Part shown: in pieces, positions 22,354 to 31,439 of the stretch
Position numbering within the stretch: position 1 is the first letter of the stretch
How the letters are laid out: each line of letters begins with the position of its first letter
Origin: a virus
Taxonomy: Duplodnaviria; Caudoviricetes
Strand: one strand, 5' to 3'
Virus record (IMG/VR): IMGVR_UViG_3300037424_000100
Location: 1 to 31,957 of that record
Length of the DNA: 31,957 nt
Position numbers and translations under genes: made by a program
Notes under the pieces: model-generated
Database searches by the model: none
The model's input: the letters and a program-made list of their open reading frames with translations, nothing else
What the model was told of the DNA's origin: nothing

Positions 22354-25300
22354 TATGGCCTCCTTCCTACCTTCTGTTGCAGCATCATACGCATCTTAGG
22401 TATCGTTTCTTGTTCTAGTTTCCTGACTGCCTTCTCGTCTAGATTACCGTTAATTGTGATCGGCATGCTAATCGTTAAGTTGCTACCGTCACCATTATTG
22501 TAATTAATACCACAAGTAGCGTTAGATATGTGCCCTCTTCCTATTATCCCACCGTTAGCCATTGACGCTAGTTGTCTACCACCAGTACCAGTCCATGGTT
22601 TAGTTGCAATTAAGCCCATGCCGAATTGCTTAGCAACATCTGAAAGAACACTAATAGATCGTTTTCTTTTTCCTACTCCCATAGGTATGTATGCCTCACC
22701 ACCAGTTTCAGGCTCAGCCCATTGCACTAATGGACCTCTACCAGCACCTGCGATCATAGCCCCTCTAGGTGCATCAAAATTATGGAACCCACCGTGTGAA
22801 TAGCCGTCGGGTTGTGCGTCAGCAGCACACCAAGTTCCATATTTTGGATGGCGCTTTACATATATAGAAGCAGCATAAATGTTTGCCAGCGGGTCAAGAA
22901 TACCTCGTGCACAAAGTGGTGCACAGTTAGCAGCAAACGTAGGTGGAATAACCTGCATTAGACCCTGTGACGGTACTCCTGCTGCTGCATTAGAGTCTGT
23001 AGTGTTGACAATGCCAGAGTTACCACCAGATTCTTTTTGCATTCTAGATAGAAGACAACCTAGTTGGTCAGCACCCATACCTGCTAGTGCTAAAGCCTGT
23101 AGAGCAACCGGTGCCCATGCCTGGACTGGCTGTGTGATACCTACACCACCACCAGAGGCGGCCATCTCTTCTTCTTTTTTCTTGACTTTATCTTTAATAT
23201 GTTCAAGTAATTTGATGGGCATTATTTTTAAAGCGTCGCTCCATCCCCCCGCACTAGGAATACCTTCTAGAGCTTCCTTAACTCTATCTATAGCTACGCC
23301 TAATAGACCAGAGGCTCCTTGGCCAAGTAATTCAGCTATACCTGCTAATGCGTCACCAACAAGTGGAACTCCTGAAGTCAAGTCAGCTAGAGAACTTGTT
23401 ATCGAAGACAATCCTGCTAAGCCAGTGCCAGCGATAGCAGCACCGGTACCGACAACAGCATTAGCTGCACCACCAATAGCACCCCCGACCGGATCCTGAA
23501 GCTGATTAGCAGCCGCGCTGACGGCAGCCTGAATCTCGGCAGGAGAAAGACCATTCTCAGCTTTGATAACAAAATTAGGACTACCCAGTCCTCCTACAAC
23601 TCCACCGTTAGCCATTTTCTTACTGCTACAAGGACCGCACGCCCCACCACACTTGCCTCCACAATTACCACCGCCAGTTAACCCCATGCCAAATATGCTA
23701 GCTACTTTTCCTAATAATTCAGTAGACCGCTTACGTTTACCAGGTGCTAGAGGTATAAACGCTTCCCCGCCTGTTTCAGCTTCAGCCCATTGGAACAGAC
23801 CCTTACCTTTACCAGGCTGAATAGTAGCTTGTTTCGGTAAGAAACCGTCTGCCGCCACTACATCAGGATTACCAGCACCCTTAGTAATTCCACCATTTGC
23901 TTCTATATTTACATCAGGTAATCTGAAGTCGATGCCTACCCACTCTAATACTTTGTTTACCATAGGCTTCAGGGCGTTGTTGTAAACAATATCAATTACC
24001 CATTTAACAGGCTTCTTGACAACTTCTTTAATACCATCCCAAACTCGACCAATACCATCCTTTAGCTCTTGGAAAGCGAGTTGCAAACCATTCTTAAATT
24101 CGTTAAATCTATCCCGTACCCAGTTCCATGCTGTTGAAGCTACGTTTTTAATCGTTTCCCAAAACGTATTCCATATACCCTTAATAAATTCTATTGCAGC
24201 GTTCCATCCGCTTTTAATTGTTTCCCAGACCGAATTAATAGTATCTTTAATCCAGTTAAACGCCGTTACTGCTATATTCTTGTAAGCTTCCCATCCCGCA
24301 TTCCATATATTTTTAACCCATTCTATAGCGCTATTCCAAATATTTTTAATTGTTTCCCAAACTGCATTAATTGTATCCCTAACAGCATTCCAAACTGTTT
24401 CAGCTATTGTGCGTACCGTATTCCAAAATGTAGTCCAAGCACTTTGTATAGCATTGGACACGGTATTCCATATAGTCTGTACTGTATTTAAGAAAGTATT
24501 CCAGGCAGTTTGTAAAGCATTCCATATTGTTTCAGCTACTGTGCGTATTGTATTCCACACTGATGACCACGCGGAGGACAGAGCGCTAGATACAGAATTC
24601 CATATTGTTTGCAGCCCAACAATAAAAGCATTCCAAGCTGCTTGTAGAGCATTCCAAACAGCCTGTGCTATAGCAGATATCGCATTCCATACAGCAGACC
24701 ACGCAGCAGACAGTGCACCACCGACAGCATTCCAAATAGCCTGTATAGTGTTACCCCAATTTTGCCATGCTGTTTGCAAAGTATTCCAAATAGTCTGAAC
24801 TACTACGCTCATAGCATTCCAGACGGCATTCCACGCTGCTATTAGCGCGCTACTAACAACATTCCATACATTAATAAATGCATTACATATAGCATCCCAA
24901 GCAGCTTGCATTCCTTGCCATATAGTAGAGGCTATAGACGCTATAGTGCCCCAAAAAACACTCCAAGCTTCAGATAGTCCGGCAGATACAGTGTCCCAAA
25001 CTGCCTTAATAGTATTTAGGAATAAATCCCAAGCATCTTGCATTCCTTGCCATATAGCATCCACAATAGCTTTTATACCATTCCAAACAATACCCCATAC
25101 TTCAACAAAGTATCCAGAGAAAGCTTCCCATATACCTTTAAAGGTATCCCAAAGAATTTGCCATGCACCAGAAAGTAATCCCCAAATAGCTTCAGCTATA
25201 CCCTTAATACCTTGCCAAACTCGATCCCAATCAGCCATAAAAATACCAGCGAAAATATCCCATACACTCTTGAGGATATTTATAAATGTTTCCCAAACTA

Positions 25301-26990
25301 ATTGAATAGCGTTCCAGATACCTTCAGCTACAGTTTTAATTATAGTCCATACCGCATTCCAAGCAGCTACTATAACACCTGAAACAGTTTCCCATACTGT
25401 ACTAAGCACATTAATGAATGTTTCCCAAGCTATTTGAATAGCTTGCCATATTGCATCAGCTACTATTTTTATAGTATTCCAGGCTGTTTCCCACACCTCT
25501 TTAAGGCCAGTATTTTCCCAAATAGCTAAAAAGAATTTAACTACAGCATCCCAAGCGCTTTGTAACCAACCCCAAACAGCAGAAGCAACAGCCTTTATAC
25601 CATTCCAAAGAGTATCCCAGGCACTCTGCATCCAATTCCAGACAGCAGAGGCAATAGCCTTTATACCATTCCAGATAGTATCCCAGTTTTTATACAGAAC
25701 GATTATGATCGCAATGACAGCAGCAATAGCAAGTACAACTAAACCAATAGGCCACACGATTGCCCATATTGCTCCCGCTACAACAGAGAGACTTCCACCA
25801 AGAGCAAAGCAAGCAACTGTCATTTCAATTAGCATGGATATCGTTCCCCAAAGATTCCATGCTAACATAGCAACCTTAACCGCAACAAATGCAGCAGTTA
25901 ATCCCATTATTACAGGTGTTGGCGTATGTTCAATTAATCCTGCAAAAGCATTAACAAGTATTACTATAATCGGTGTCAAAGCAACAGCAGAGCTAGTAAG
26001 TTTTAAAAAGGCATTTGCTATACTTTCAATATCAAGCTTACTTAAATCACTAGCCACGTTTTTGAATACTTCGAAGAGTTTACTGCCGGCCTCATTAATC
26101 TTCTTGAATACCTCTACCATTTTTTCAAATGCAGGGGTACCCTCGTCAGTAGCTAATTTTATTTTCTTGAGCCAATCAGCTAGCTTGCCAAGAGTGTCAC
26201 CGGAAGCTTTGTTAGCAGCTTCCATGACATTTTTAACTATGCCGCCAAAGCTCCATACGGCTGAAAAAAGATCCTTAAGAGCTTGTGCGCCTCTGCGGAA
26301 ATCAGCGGCTAACTCACCGGACGCTCGCTTGGCAGCGACCATAGAAGCAACGTTCTGAGCCCAAGCAGGAGCACCTTCACTAAGCTCAGCAAGTACTTGA
26401 GCTGCCACAGTAGCTATATCTCTGAGCGGTCCAAGTAATGTTATCCCCGCTGATCCAAAGTTAAGCATCGAAGTAACATTAGCGTCCATGATTGTAGCAA
26501 TGTCACGCTTAAATAGCGGGGAAGATACTGCCAGACCAGCGGCCCTGGCCAAGCCTCCTAGTGCTACACCAGTCTTCCCTAGCCCATCGGTGAGAACAGG
26601 TACAAGAGAAGACGCACTCTTAAGACCGGCGTTAAGTCCAGGAAGCACAGAGGTAGAGGCTTTGGTTAAATCGTTATTGATTCCTTGCCACGAATCTTTG
26701 AGCTGTTTGACGCCAGCATCGTTTGAAGCTAGAGCTAGCTTAAGTACGCCAAATGCTTGTGCCCCTACTAGGACACCAGCAAAACTTAATGCTCCTAGTG
26801 CAGCACCCGCTTCAACAATTTGGTTACCCATACCCAATAATTGAGTAGTGGCAGCAGCAGCGCCGATAGCTACGTCACCAAGAGCAGTTGCCTTACCAAG
26901 AGTCAACAACCCAGCTTGTGCACTCTTTATAGCAGAGTCAAATTTCTTGGTGTCGGCGTCAATGATAGCGTTTAGCGTTACTCTAGCCAT
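22353..26990 (-). CDS. Tape measure protein with C-terminal SLT lytic transglycosylase domain
   Basis: 1545 aa, Trp-periodic 11-aa repeats, TM segments, KESGGN..SQGLMQVIPPTF..DPLANIYAA. Confidence 0.96.
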   Translation of the reverse strand: MARVTLNAIIDADTKKFDSAIKSAQAGLLTLGKATALGDVAIGAAAATTQLLGMGNQIVEAGAALGALSFAGVLVGAQAFGVLKLALASNDAGVKQLKDSWQGINNDLTKASTSVLPGLNAGLKSASSLVPVLTDGLGKTGVALGGLARAAGLAVSSPLFKRDIATIMDANVTSMLNFGSAGITLLGPLRDIATVAAQVLAELSEGAPAWAQNVASMVAAKRASGELAADFRRGAQALKDLFSAVWSFGGIVKNVMEAANKASGDTLGKLADWLKKIKLATDEGTPAFEKMVEVFKKINEAGSKLFEVFKNVASDLSKLDIESIANAFLKLTSSAVALTPIIVILVNAFAGLIEHTPTPVIMGLTAAFVAVKVAMLAWNLWGTISMLIEMTVACFALGGSLSVVAGAIWAIVWPIGLVVLAIAAVIAIIIVLYKNWDTIWNGIKAIASAVWNWMQSAWDTLWNGIKAVASAVWGWLQSAWDAVVKFFLAIWENTGLKEVWETAWNTIKIVADAIWQAIQIAWETFINVLSTVWETVSGVIVAAWNAVWTIIKTVAEGIWNAIQLVWETFINILKSVWDIFAGIFMADWDRVWQGIKGIAEAIWGLLSGAWQILWDTFKGIWEAFSGYFVEVWGIVWNGIKAIVDAIWQGMQDAWDLFLNTIKAVWDTVSAGLSEAWSVFWGTIASIASTIWQGMQAAWDAICNAFINVWNVVSSALIAAWNAVWNAMSVVVQTIWNTLQTAWQNWGNTIQAIWNAVGGALSAAWSAVWNAISAIAQAVWNALQAAWNAFIVGLQTIWNSVSSALSSAWSSVWNTIRTVAETIWNALQTAWNTFLNTVQTIWNTVSNAIQSAWTTFWNTVRTIAETVWNAVRDTINAVWETIKNIWNSAIEWVKNIWNAGWEAYKNIAVTAFNWIKDTINSVWETIKSGWNAAIEFIKGIWNTFWETIKNVASTAWNWVRDRFNEFKNGLQLAFQELKDGIGRVWDGIKEVVKKPVKWVIDIVYNNALKPMVNKVLEWVGIDFRLPDVNIEANGGITKGAGNPDVVAADGFLPKQATIQPGKGKGLFQWAEAETGGEAFIPLAPGKRKRSTELLGKVASIFGMGLTGGGNCGGKCGGACGPCSSKKMANGGVVGGLGSPNFVIKAENGLSPAEIQAAVSAAANQLQDPVGGAIGGAANAVVGTGAAIAGTGLAGLSSITSSLADLTSGVPLVGDALAGIAELLGQGASGLLGVAIDRVKEALEGIPSAGGWSDALKIMPIKLLEHIKDKVKKKEEEMAASGGGVGITQPVQAWAPVALQALALAGMGADQLGCLLSRMQKESGGNSGIVNTTDSNAAAGVPSQGLMQVIPPTFAANCAPLCARGILDPLANIYAASIYVKRHPKYGTWCAADAQPDGYSHGGFHNFDAPRGAMIAGAGRGPLVQWAEPETGGEAYIPMGVGKRKRSISVLSDVAKQFGMGLIATKPWTGTGGRQLASMANGGIIGRGHISNATCGINYNNGDGSNLTISMPITINGNLDEKAVRKLEQETIPKMRMMLQQKVGRRP

Positions 26991-27010
26991 TAGACGCCGA
27001 CACCTCTCCT

Positions 27011-27193
27011 CTAATGCTTAGAACTAGCCCGTGCGTTTGCACGTTCTTGCTCGTCAGCTTCTATTTGATACAAGGCCACCCAATGGATGTACTCGTCATG
27101 ACTCAGTGGTGCTGCTTGTCCGTCTAATAGTTCTTGTACTGTCTTACCTAGCTCCCGTGCCAACCTGAAGATGAATCTACTCTCCGGTTTCAA
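27011..27193 (-). CDS. Tail assembly chaperone, second (GT-like) frame
   Basis: LARELGKTVQELL..EYIHWVALY; lies between the chaperone and tape measure, in the +1 frame relative to the upstream ORF. Confidence 0.75.
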   Translation of the reverse strand: MKPESRFIFRLARELGKTVQELLDGQAAPLSHDEYIHWVALYQIEADEQERANARASSKH

Positions 27194-27542
27194 CTGAAAA
27201 TTTGCGCTGTACCGCCTTTAAATCAGCGTCACTGAACCTAGATATTTTCATAATCTTGAGGACGATTTTGTCTAAAGTACCAGCGTACCCGTCTGACAAC
27301 TTCTCAAAAGCGTCGTCATTTACAACAGGGTCAACCATCCCGTGTTGTAAAAGCAGCTTGTTGAGTAACGCCGTATTCATATCAGTAGGGTCATCGCTAT
27401 CACCACTTGCTTCTTTCCAAATCACTTGCTGATCGCGTTTGCTGACACCCCGGAGCATAACGGTGCCATCCCATTCCGGAACTTCAAACTCTTCTACCTC
27501 AATTTTAGACGCTTTGACGATCTGGTCAATTGTCAATGCCAT
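27177..27542 (-). CDS. Tail assembly chaperone (G-like)
   Basis: EVPEWDGTVMLRGVS..GMVDP motif; position after the major tail gene. Confidence 0.85.
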   Translation of the reverse strand: MALTIDQIVKASKIEVEEFEVPEWDGTVMLRGVSKRDQQVIWKEASGDSDDPTDMNTALLNKLLLQHGMVDPVVNDDAFEKLSDGYAGTLDKIVLKIMKISRFSDADLKAVQRKFSVETGE

Positions 27543-27583
27543 GATATTTAAGTGTCCTTATCTTATTGAGAAACTAATTTTGA

Positions 27584-27997
27584 TTAAATAGTACCACGAG
27601 TAATTGCACTAGTGCACTGAAGCTGGAACGTCCACGACGACACGTCACCGATACCAGCAGTGACTTGGTAGTTAGTAGGCACCGCTGAGCCTGTGTATTT
27701 AGGTAAGCCGGCCGTGTTGCCTTGTGGCCGGTAGTCGTAATCCACAGAGGCAGTACCCATGAGGTCAGTAAGGATGACGTCGATGACAGGGTCGTACCGA
27801 CCGTCCAACGAAATAGAACCGTCCGTCAGACCAGGGACGTACGTCTTGAACAGGTTACCGAGCGTCGAAGTTTCCGCAGTGTCGGTAGTACGCGGCATCT
27901 GAATGTTAAGGATATAGCTAGAACGGTCGACTAATGTCGCAGGAGTAGCAGCAGTCCCTAACCAGAACTTAGCCTTAGAACCGTGAGTGAATGCCAT
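27584..27997 (-). CDS. Major tail (tube) protein
   Basis: DTAETSTLG..KTYVPGLTDGSISLDG.YD motif; strong AAGGAGG SD; directly before the chaperones. Confidence 0.85.
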   Translation of the reverse strand: MAFTHGSKAKFWLGTAATPATLVDRSSYILNIQMPRTTDTAETSTLGNLFKTYVPGLTDGSISLDGRYDPVIDVILTDLMGTASVDYDYRPQGNTAGLPKYTGSAVPTNYQVTAGIGDVSSWTFQLQCTSAITRGTI

Positions 27998-28012
27998 TGT
28001 TCTTCGCCTCCT

Positions 28013-28738
28013 TTACGGGTTGACTCCACGCACGAACACAACATGAAACGTCGCACTCGTGGTTAGATTCCACACCACTCGGATATATCTACGAACCGTT
28101 GCGCCTACTGCACTAACAATTCGCTGTGACGAAACAGCAGTCAACGTAGTAAAAGAGCCACCAGTTAGTGGTGTCCACGCTAGGTTGTCTGCTGAGTCTT
28201 CCAGTGCAATTGAAGTTAAAGTAGATGCTGCCTGTGTAATTTGTAAATAAGCGGCCCAACCTGTAGTAGTCGACGTTGTAATCATGTCGACACCGGTACT
28301 GTTACCGTCGGCTACGTCTTGAACAAGAGGATGAATAATCCATCCTCTGTCGATACCCATGTTGTTTTGAGCCTGTAATGTAATCTGTGCTACGTCACCG
28401 ATACCAGAAGCAACCTGAACGTTAGTGGTTGTGTTCTCGAACCCAAATGCCGGTAGTCCAAGAGTGTCACCTTGAATACATAACGTAAATCTATCTAATC
28501 CTTCGTTAGACAATGCAGCTTCAAATATTTCACCGACAGCACTTGCGGCTCCGTCATATATACCGTCAGCACTGAAGCTACCGTCCTTGAGTCCCTGTGT
28601 GTACGTCTTGTGCATGTTACCGAATGTAGAAGTTTCAGCCGTATCAATAGTAAACGGAGATTGCACGTTACGGAGATAAGGGCTTAGGTTATATCCGTTA
28701 CCATAGATCTTCGCTTTAGAACCATGAACGAACGCCAT
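28013..28738 (-). CDS. Second tail-tube paralog with C-terminal extension domain
   Basis: MAFVHGSKAK..DTAETSTFGN..KTY..GLKDGSFSADG.YD aligns with the adjacent gene; about 110 extra aa. Confidence 0.8.
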   Translation of the reverse strand: MAFVHGSKAKIYGNGYNLSPYLRNVQSPFTIDTAETSTFGNMHKTYTQGLKDGSFSADGIYDGAASAVGEIFEAALSNEGLDRFTLCIQGDTLGLPAFGFENTTTNVQVASGIGDVAQITLQAQNNMGIDRGWIIHPLVQDVADGNSTGVDMITTSTTTGWAAYLQITQAASTLTSIALEDSADNLAWTPLTGGSFTTLTAVSSQRIVSAVGATVRRYIRVVWNLTTSATFHVVFVRGVNP

Positions 28739-28938
28739 TATTTCTTCACCCCCTCCTTTTTATCGTCATACACTGCTTCTAACGCCCCGCTCTGTACTAA
28801 CAGAACAGCAGAGCGGATATGCATATCATTTATAATAGCACCCTGACTGGCTATTTTTTCTTTTCCGTTTCCCTTACCGTCGGGATACTTTACGTACTCG
28901 GAAAGAACTCGATATCCAGTAAGATTCTTATTAGTCAT
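28738..28938 (-). CDS. Small hypothetical virion-module protein
   Basis: ATGA and TAATG coupling on both sides. Confidence 0.7.
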   Translation of the reverse strand: MTNKNLTGYRVLSEYVKYPDGKGNGKEKIASQGAIINDMHIRSAVLLVQSGALEAVYDDKKEGVKK

Positions 28939-29363
28939 GGTGAGGTCACCACCGATAGGTACTTGATGACATGGAAATTAACTGACAATAAAACCCTGTC
29001 TTGTGTGTCAACAGGCAAATGCAAAGGTGTGGTCAGGACCTTGATTCGTATATAACGTGTCCCACTCAGAATCACATCATTTACAGCGTCGAGCAGGTTG
29101 ATTACCCTTTCAATAAACTGTCGTGCAGCCAAATATTTGTACTCAGCTTCGCGCACTATAATCTGTAAGTTAGTCTCTTCAAATACACGCTTGCCACCGT
29201 CCAGCGTGTATTGCCCCTCTCCAATAGGTGACTCGTACAACGACACAGAGAAATCAGGTGAGGCTTGAGTACGGGACAAAAACAGGTTGACACCCTCGGT
29301 TAACGACGGTGTTGTAGCTGCAAATGTCGTAGCCAAGTAAGAACTAATCTCCTCTAGCATCAT
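28935..29363 (-). CDS. Tail terminator / minor capsid-like protein
   Basis: LQIIVR..Y..AR, DTQDRVLLSVNF; position in the neck module. Confidence 0.8.
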   Translation of the reverse strand: MMLEEISSYLATTFAATTPSLTEGVNLFLSRTQASPDFSVSLYESPIGEGQYTLDGGKRVFEETNLQIIVREAEYKYLAARQFIERVINLLDAVNDVILSGTRYIRIKVLTTPLHLPVDTQDRVLLSVNFHVIKYLSVVTSP

Positions 29364-29818
29364 CAGTCGTGCCAGTCCTTTTCGAAACGAGTCACATAGT
29401 GTGTGTAGAGCTTGGGGTCAGCGCGAGCAAACTCGACAGTTGCCGGTCTGAATAGATATTTGTAGGACGTCGGCGGCCTGTGCTTGTTGCCAGTGTGCCA
29501 TCTACCTCCGCTACTAGGCGGGATCTCATGAGCATAAATGGCGTAGTCGTTACCACTACTGGTAAGTGTGGTGCCTCTGTTGCCGTATTCGACAGACCCC
29601 TCGTATTTAGCTAATACCTTCTTAGCCATTACCTGTCGACCAGACTTTTTAAGCCGCCCTGTTCTTACCGGTACTAGTATTTGTGACTGTTTGTATATAT
29701 TACCTGAGATATCATTTATAAAAGTCCGAGACCCCTTGTCGGCAGAATCTAGAAGACGGCCGAAAGCAGCACGCGCCTGCATAAGATCTCTCTGTCTCCA
29801 CTCAACTTTAATATTCAC
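29363..29818 (-). CDS. HK97 gp10-like neck protein
   Basis: LVPVRTGRLKKS, YAIYAHE, KYLFRP; start placed at GTG 29818 (GTGA overlap). Confidence 0.8.
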   Translation of the reverse strand: MNIKVEWRQRDLMQARAAFGRLLDSADKGSRTFINDISGNIYKQSQILVPVRTGRLKKSGRQVMAKKVLAKYEGSVEYGNRGTTLTSSGNDYAIYAHEIPPSSGGRWHTGNKHRPPTSYKYLFRPATVEFARADPKLYTHYVTRFEKDWHD

Positions 29819-30174
29819 AGGAAGTTCACCTCGACCCCGTAAATAACACCGTCTTGTGGATCTGGCCAATTTATAACTTCACCAATTTTTCTTTTGTCTC
29901 CACCGAATTGAACAGGCAGCACTATTTTGTCATCTGATTCGATACGTGTGCCGTCAGTATTTATGTACGCGGTGGTAGTAGTTTGTATCTCTAGCCCGTC
30001 AGAACCACGATTAGTCGATTGGCGTTCTACTATCGCCGCTCTATAAGGGCCACGAGGTATACTGACATACTTAGGCTCACCATATATGTCAGAACCGGTT
30101 TTATTATAGATAAAAACTACATAAGCCATTAGCTTGTCGAAAGTTCTATGTGAAGCAGCAGGCATATTGATCAT
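29815..30174 (-). CDS. Head-to-tail stopper
   Basis: DIYGEP..G.EI..T..Y..DKIVLP pattern; synteny. Confidence 0.75.
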   Translation of the reverse strand: MINMPAASHRTFDKLMAYVVFIYNKTGSDIYGEPKYVSIPRGPYRAAIVERQSTNRGSDGLEIQTTTTAYINTDGTRIESDDKIVLPVQFGGDKRKIGEVINWPDPQDGVIYGVEVNFL

Positions 30175-30611
30175 GCCCCCGTTTCATTAACATCATTTAC
30201 ATCAAGATTATCATGCAGCCCTTTTTTAAATGAAAACTGTGGGTATTCTGTCTGACTATCTATATTTTCGATATCAAGTGCAGTCATACCGGGGAGCATC
30301 TGGCTAGCATTAATTCTTGAATAACGCATTCCAAGTTTTCTTAAATGCTTGGCCATCTTGTCCCAAGCAGTAGTCAGTTGCCAGTCACTTGACTGAAACG
30401 GACCGACAGAAACCCGCTGAGAGCTAGCCGCGAACTGACTGCCAATCGTGTCTGCACATTCAGCAGCAGCTAAATAGATATTATTACCGTACAAGGACAA
30501 CGAGAATGTTATCTCGTCGTCAATTATAAGGTCGTCAGCTTTGGAACCTCCCAGAAGCCAACGCACCTGCTGAAGCGTACTAGTGGCTAGGGAGGCAGGG
30601 TCATAGACCAT
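30171..30611 (-). CDS. Head-to-tail adaptor
   Basis: QVRWLLG..DDEI..NIYLAAAEC pattern; synteny. Confidence 0.78.
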   Translation of the reverse strand: MVYDPASLATSTLQQVRWLLGGSKADDLIIDDEITFSLSLYGNNIYLAAAECADTIGSQFAASSQRVSVGPFQSSDWQLTTAWDKMAKHLRKLGMRYSRINASQMLPGMTALDIENIDSQTEYPQFSFKKGLHDNLDVNDVNETGA

Positions 30612-30619
30612 GACTGCTC

Positions 30620-30889
30620 CTAGTTTGTAATTACTACCCTGACATCAGCATTACCAGTAACAGATCGAGCGTATAAGGTTTCACCTTTACCAATGTGGAA
30701 CTCTTGTGAGTCAGGAGTAGCCGCTGCGCTGATTTGAAAACCAGTGGTGGTAGTAACACCCGTCACTGTGTCCACATAAATATGATTGTTAGCGGCAGTT
30801 AAATTCTGTACCACTACATTGTTACCCTTGGTGTTGTAACCAGTAGCCAACAGCACGGACGCAGCCGTACCCACAGTAAACGCTGCCAC
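30620..30889 (-). CDS. Small beta-rich virion protein (decoration-like), paralog 1
   Basis: GGAGG SD; HIYVDTV..TTGF.I..IGKGETLYA. Confidence 0.7.
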   Translation of the reverse strand: MAAFTVGTAASVLLATGYNTKGNNVVVQNLTAANNHIYVDTVTGVTTTTGFQISAAATPDSQEFHIGKGETLYARSVTGNADVRVVITN

Positions 30890-30900
30890 GTCTGCCTCCC

Positions 30901-31185
30901 TTAGTGGATGAACACTGAGCGGATGTCTACAGGTGCAGTGCCGTACGCATACAGGCGCTCGCCTTTGCCTACTTTGAAACTGTGACTACCACCAGCCAGA
31001 ATCTTAAAGCCGGTGGTGTCATTGACGTCAGCCACAGTATCTATATAAATAGGGTCTGCACCCTTATTATTTATTTTTACAGTACCACCGTGAGACGACG
31101 ATTCTGTATGACTGATCGTAGGGTTGACAACAACAGTCTGCGTAGCTGCTGCAATTACGCTAATACCTACTGGTGTGTCAACCAT
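30901..31185 (-). CDS. Small beta-rich virion protein (decoration-like), paralog 2
   Basis: PIYIDTV..TTGF.I..VGKGERLYA. Confidence 0.7.
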   Translation of the reverse strand: MVDTPVGISVIAAATQTVVVNPTISHTESSSHGGTVKINNKGADPIYIDTVADVNDTTGFKILAGGSHSFKVGKGERLYAYGTAPVDIRSVFIH

Positions 31186-31192
31186 GATTCAC

Positions 31193-31384
31193 CTACTTAA
31201 CTCGAAACTTGTTCTTGGCAGTACCGAGAGCAATACCAGCCTTGGTTTCCCACTGGGGACCGTTCGGGTGACGAACAAGAAGGTCGATGTTGTCACCAGT
31301 GTTGTCGACAAGCACAACGCCCTCGTGCCAGACACTTTCGTTAGTGCGGTACTCGACGAGAGAACCGACAGCGTACGATGCCAT
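31193..31384 (-). CDS. Small SH3/Tudor-like hypothetical protein
   Basis: AAGGGG SD; VGSLVEY..WHEGVV. Confidence 0.65.
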   Translation of the reverse strand: MASYAVGSLVEYRTNESVWHEGVVLVDNTGDNIDLLVRHPNGPQWETKAGIALGTAKNKFRVK

Positions 31385-31406
31385 TTCTTTACCCCTTTCG
31401 AAATGA

Positions 31407-31432
31407 GGGGGTCAGTCGGTAAACTGACCCCC
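31407..31432 (-). terminator. Stem-loop after the capsid gene
   Basis: GGGGGTCAGT/ACTGACCCCC 10-bp stem, weak U-tract (TCATTT). Confidence 0.65.
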
Positions 31433-31439
31433 CACCCGA

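Noticed and set aside
24100-25700. Low-GC segment with periodic TTCCA words as a foreign insert
   Set aside because: Explained by the Trp/Asn/Ile-rich 11-aa repeats of the tape measure protein.
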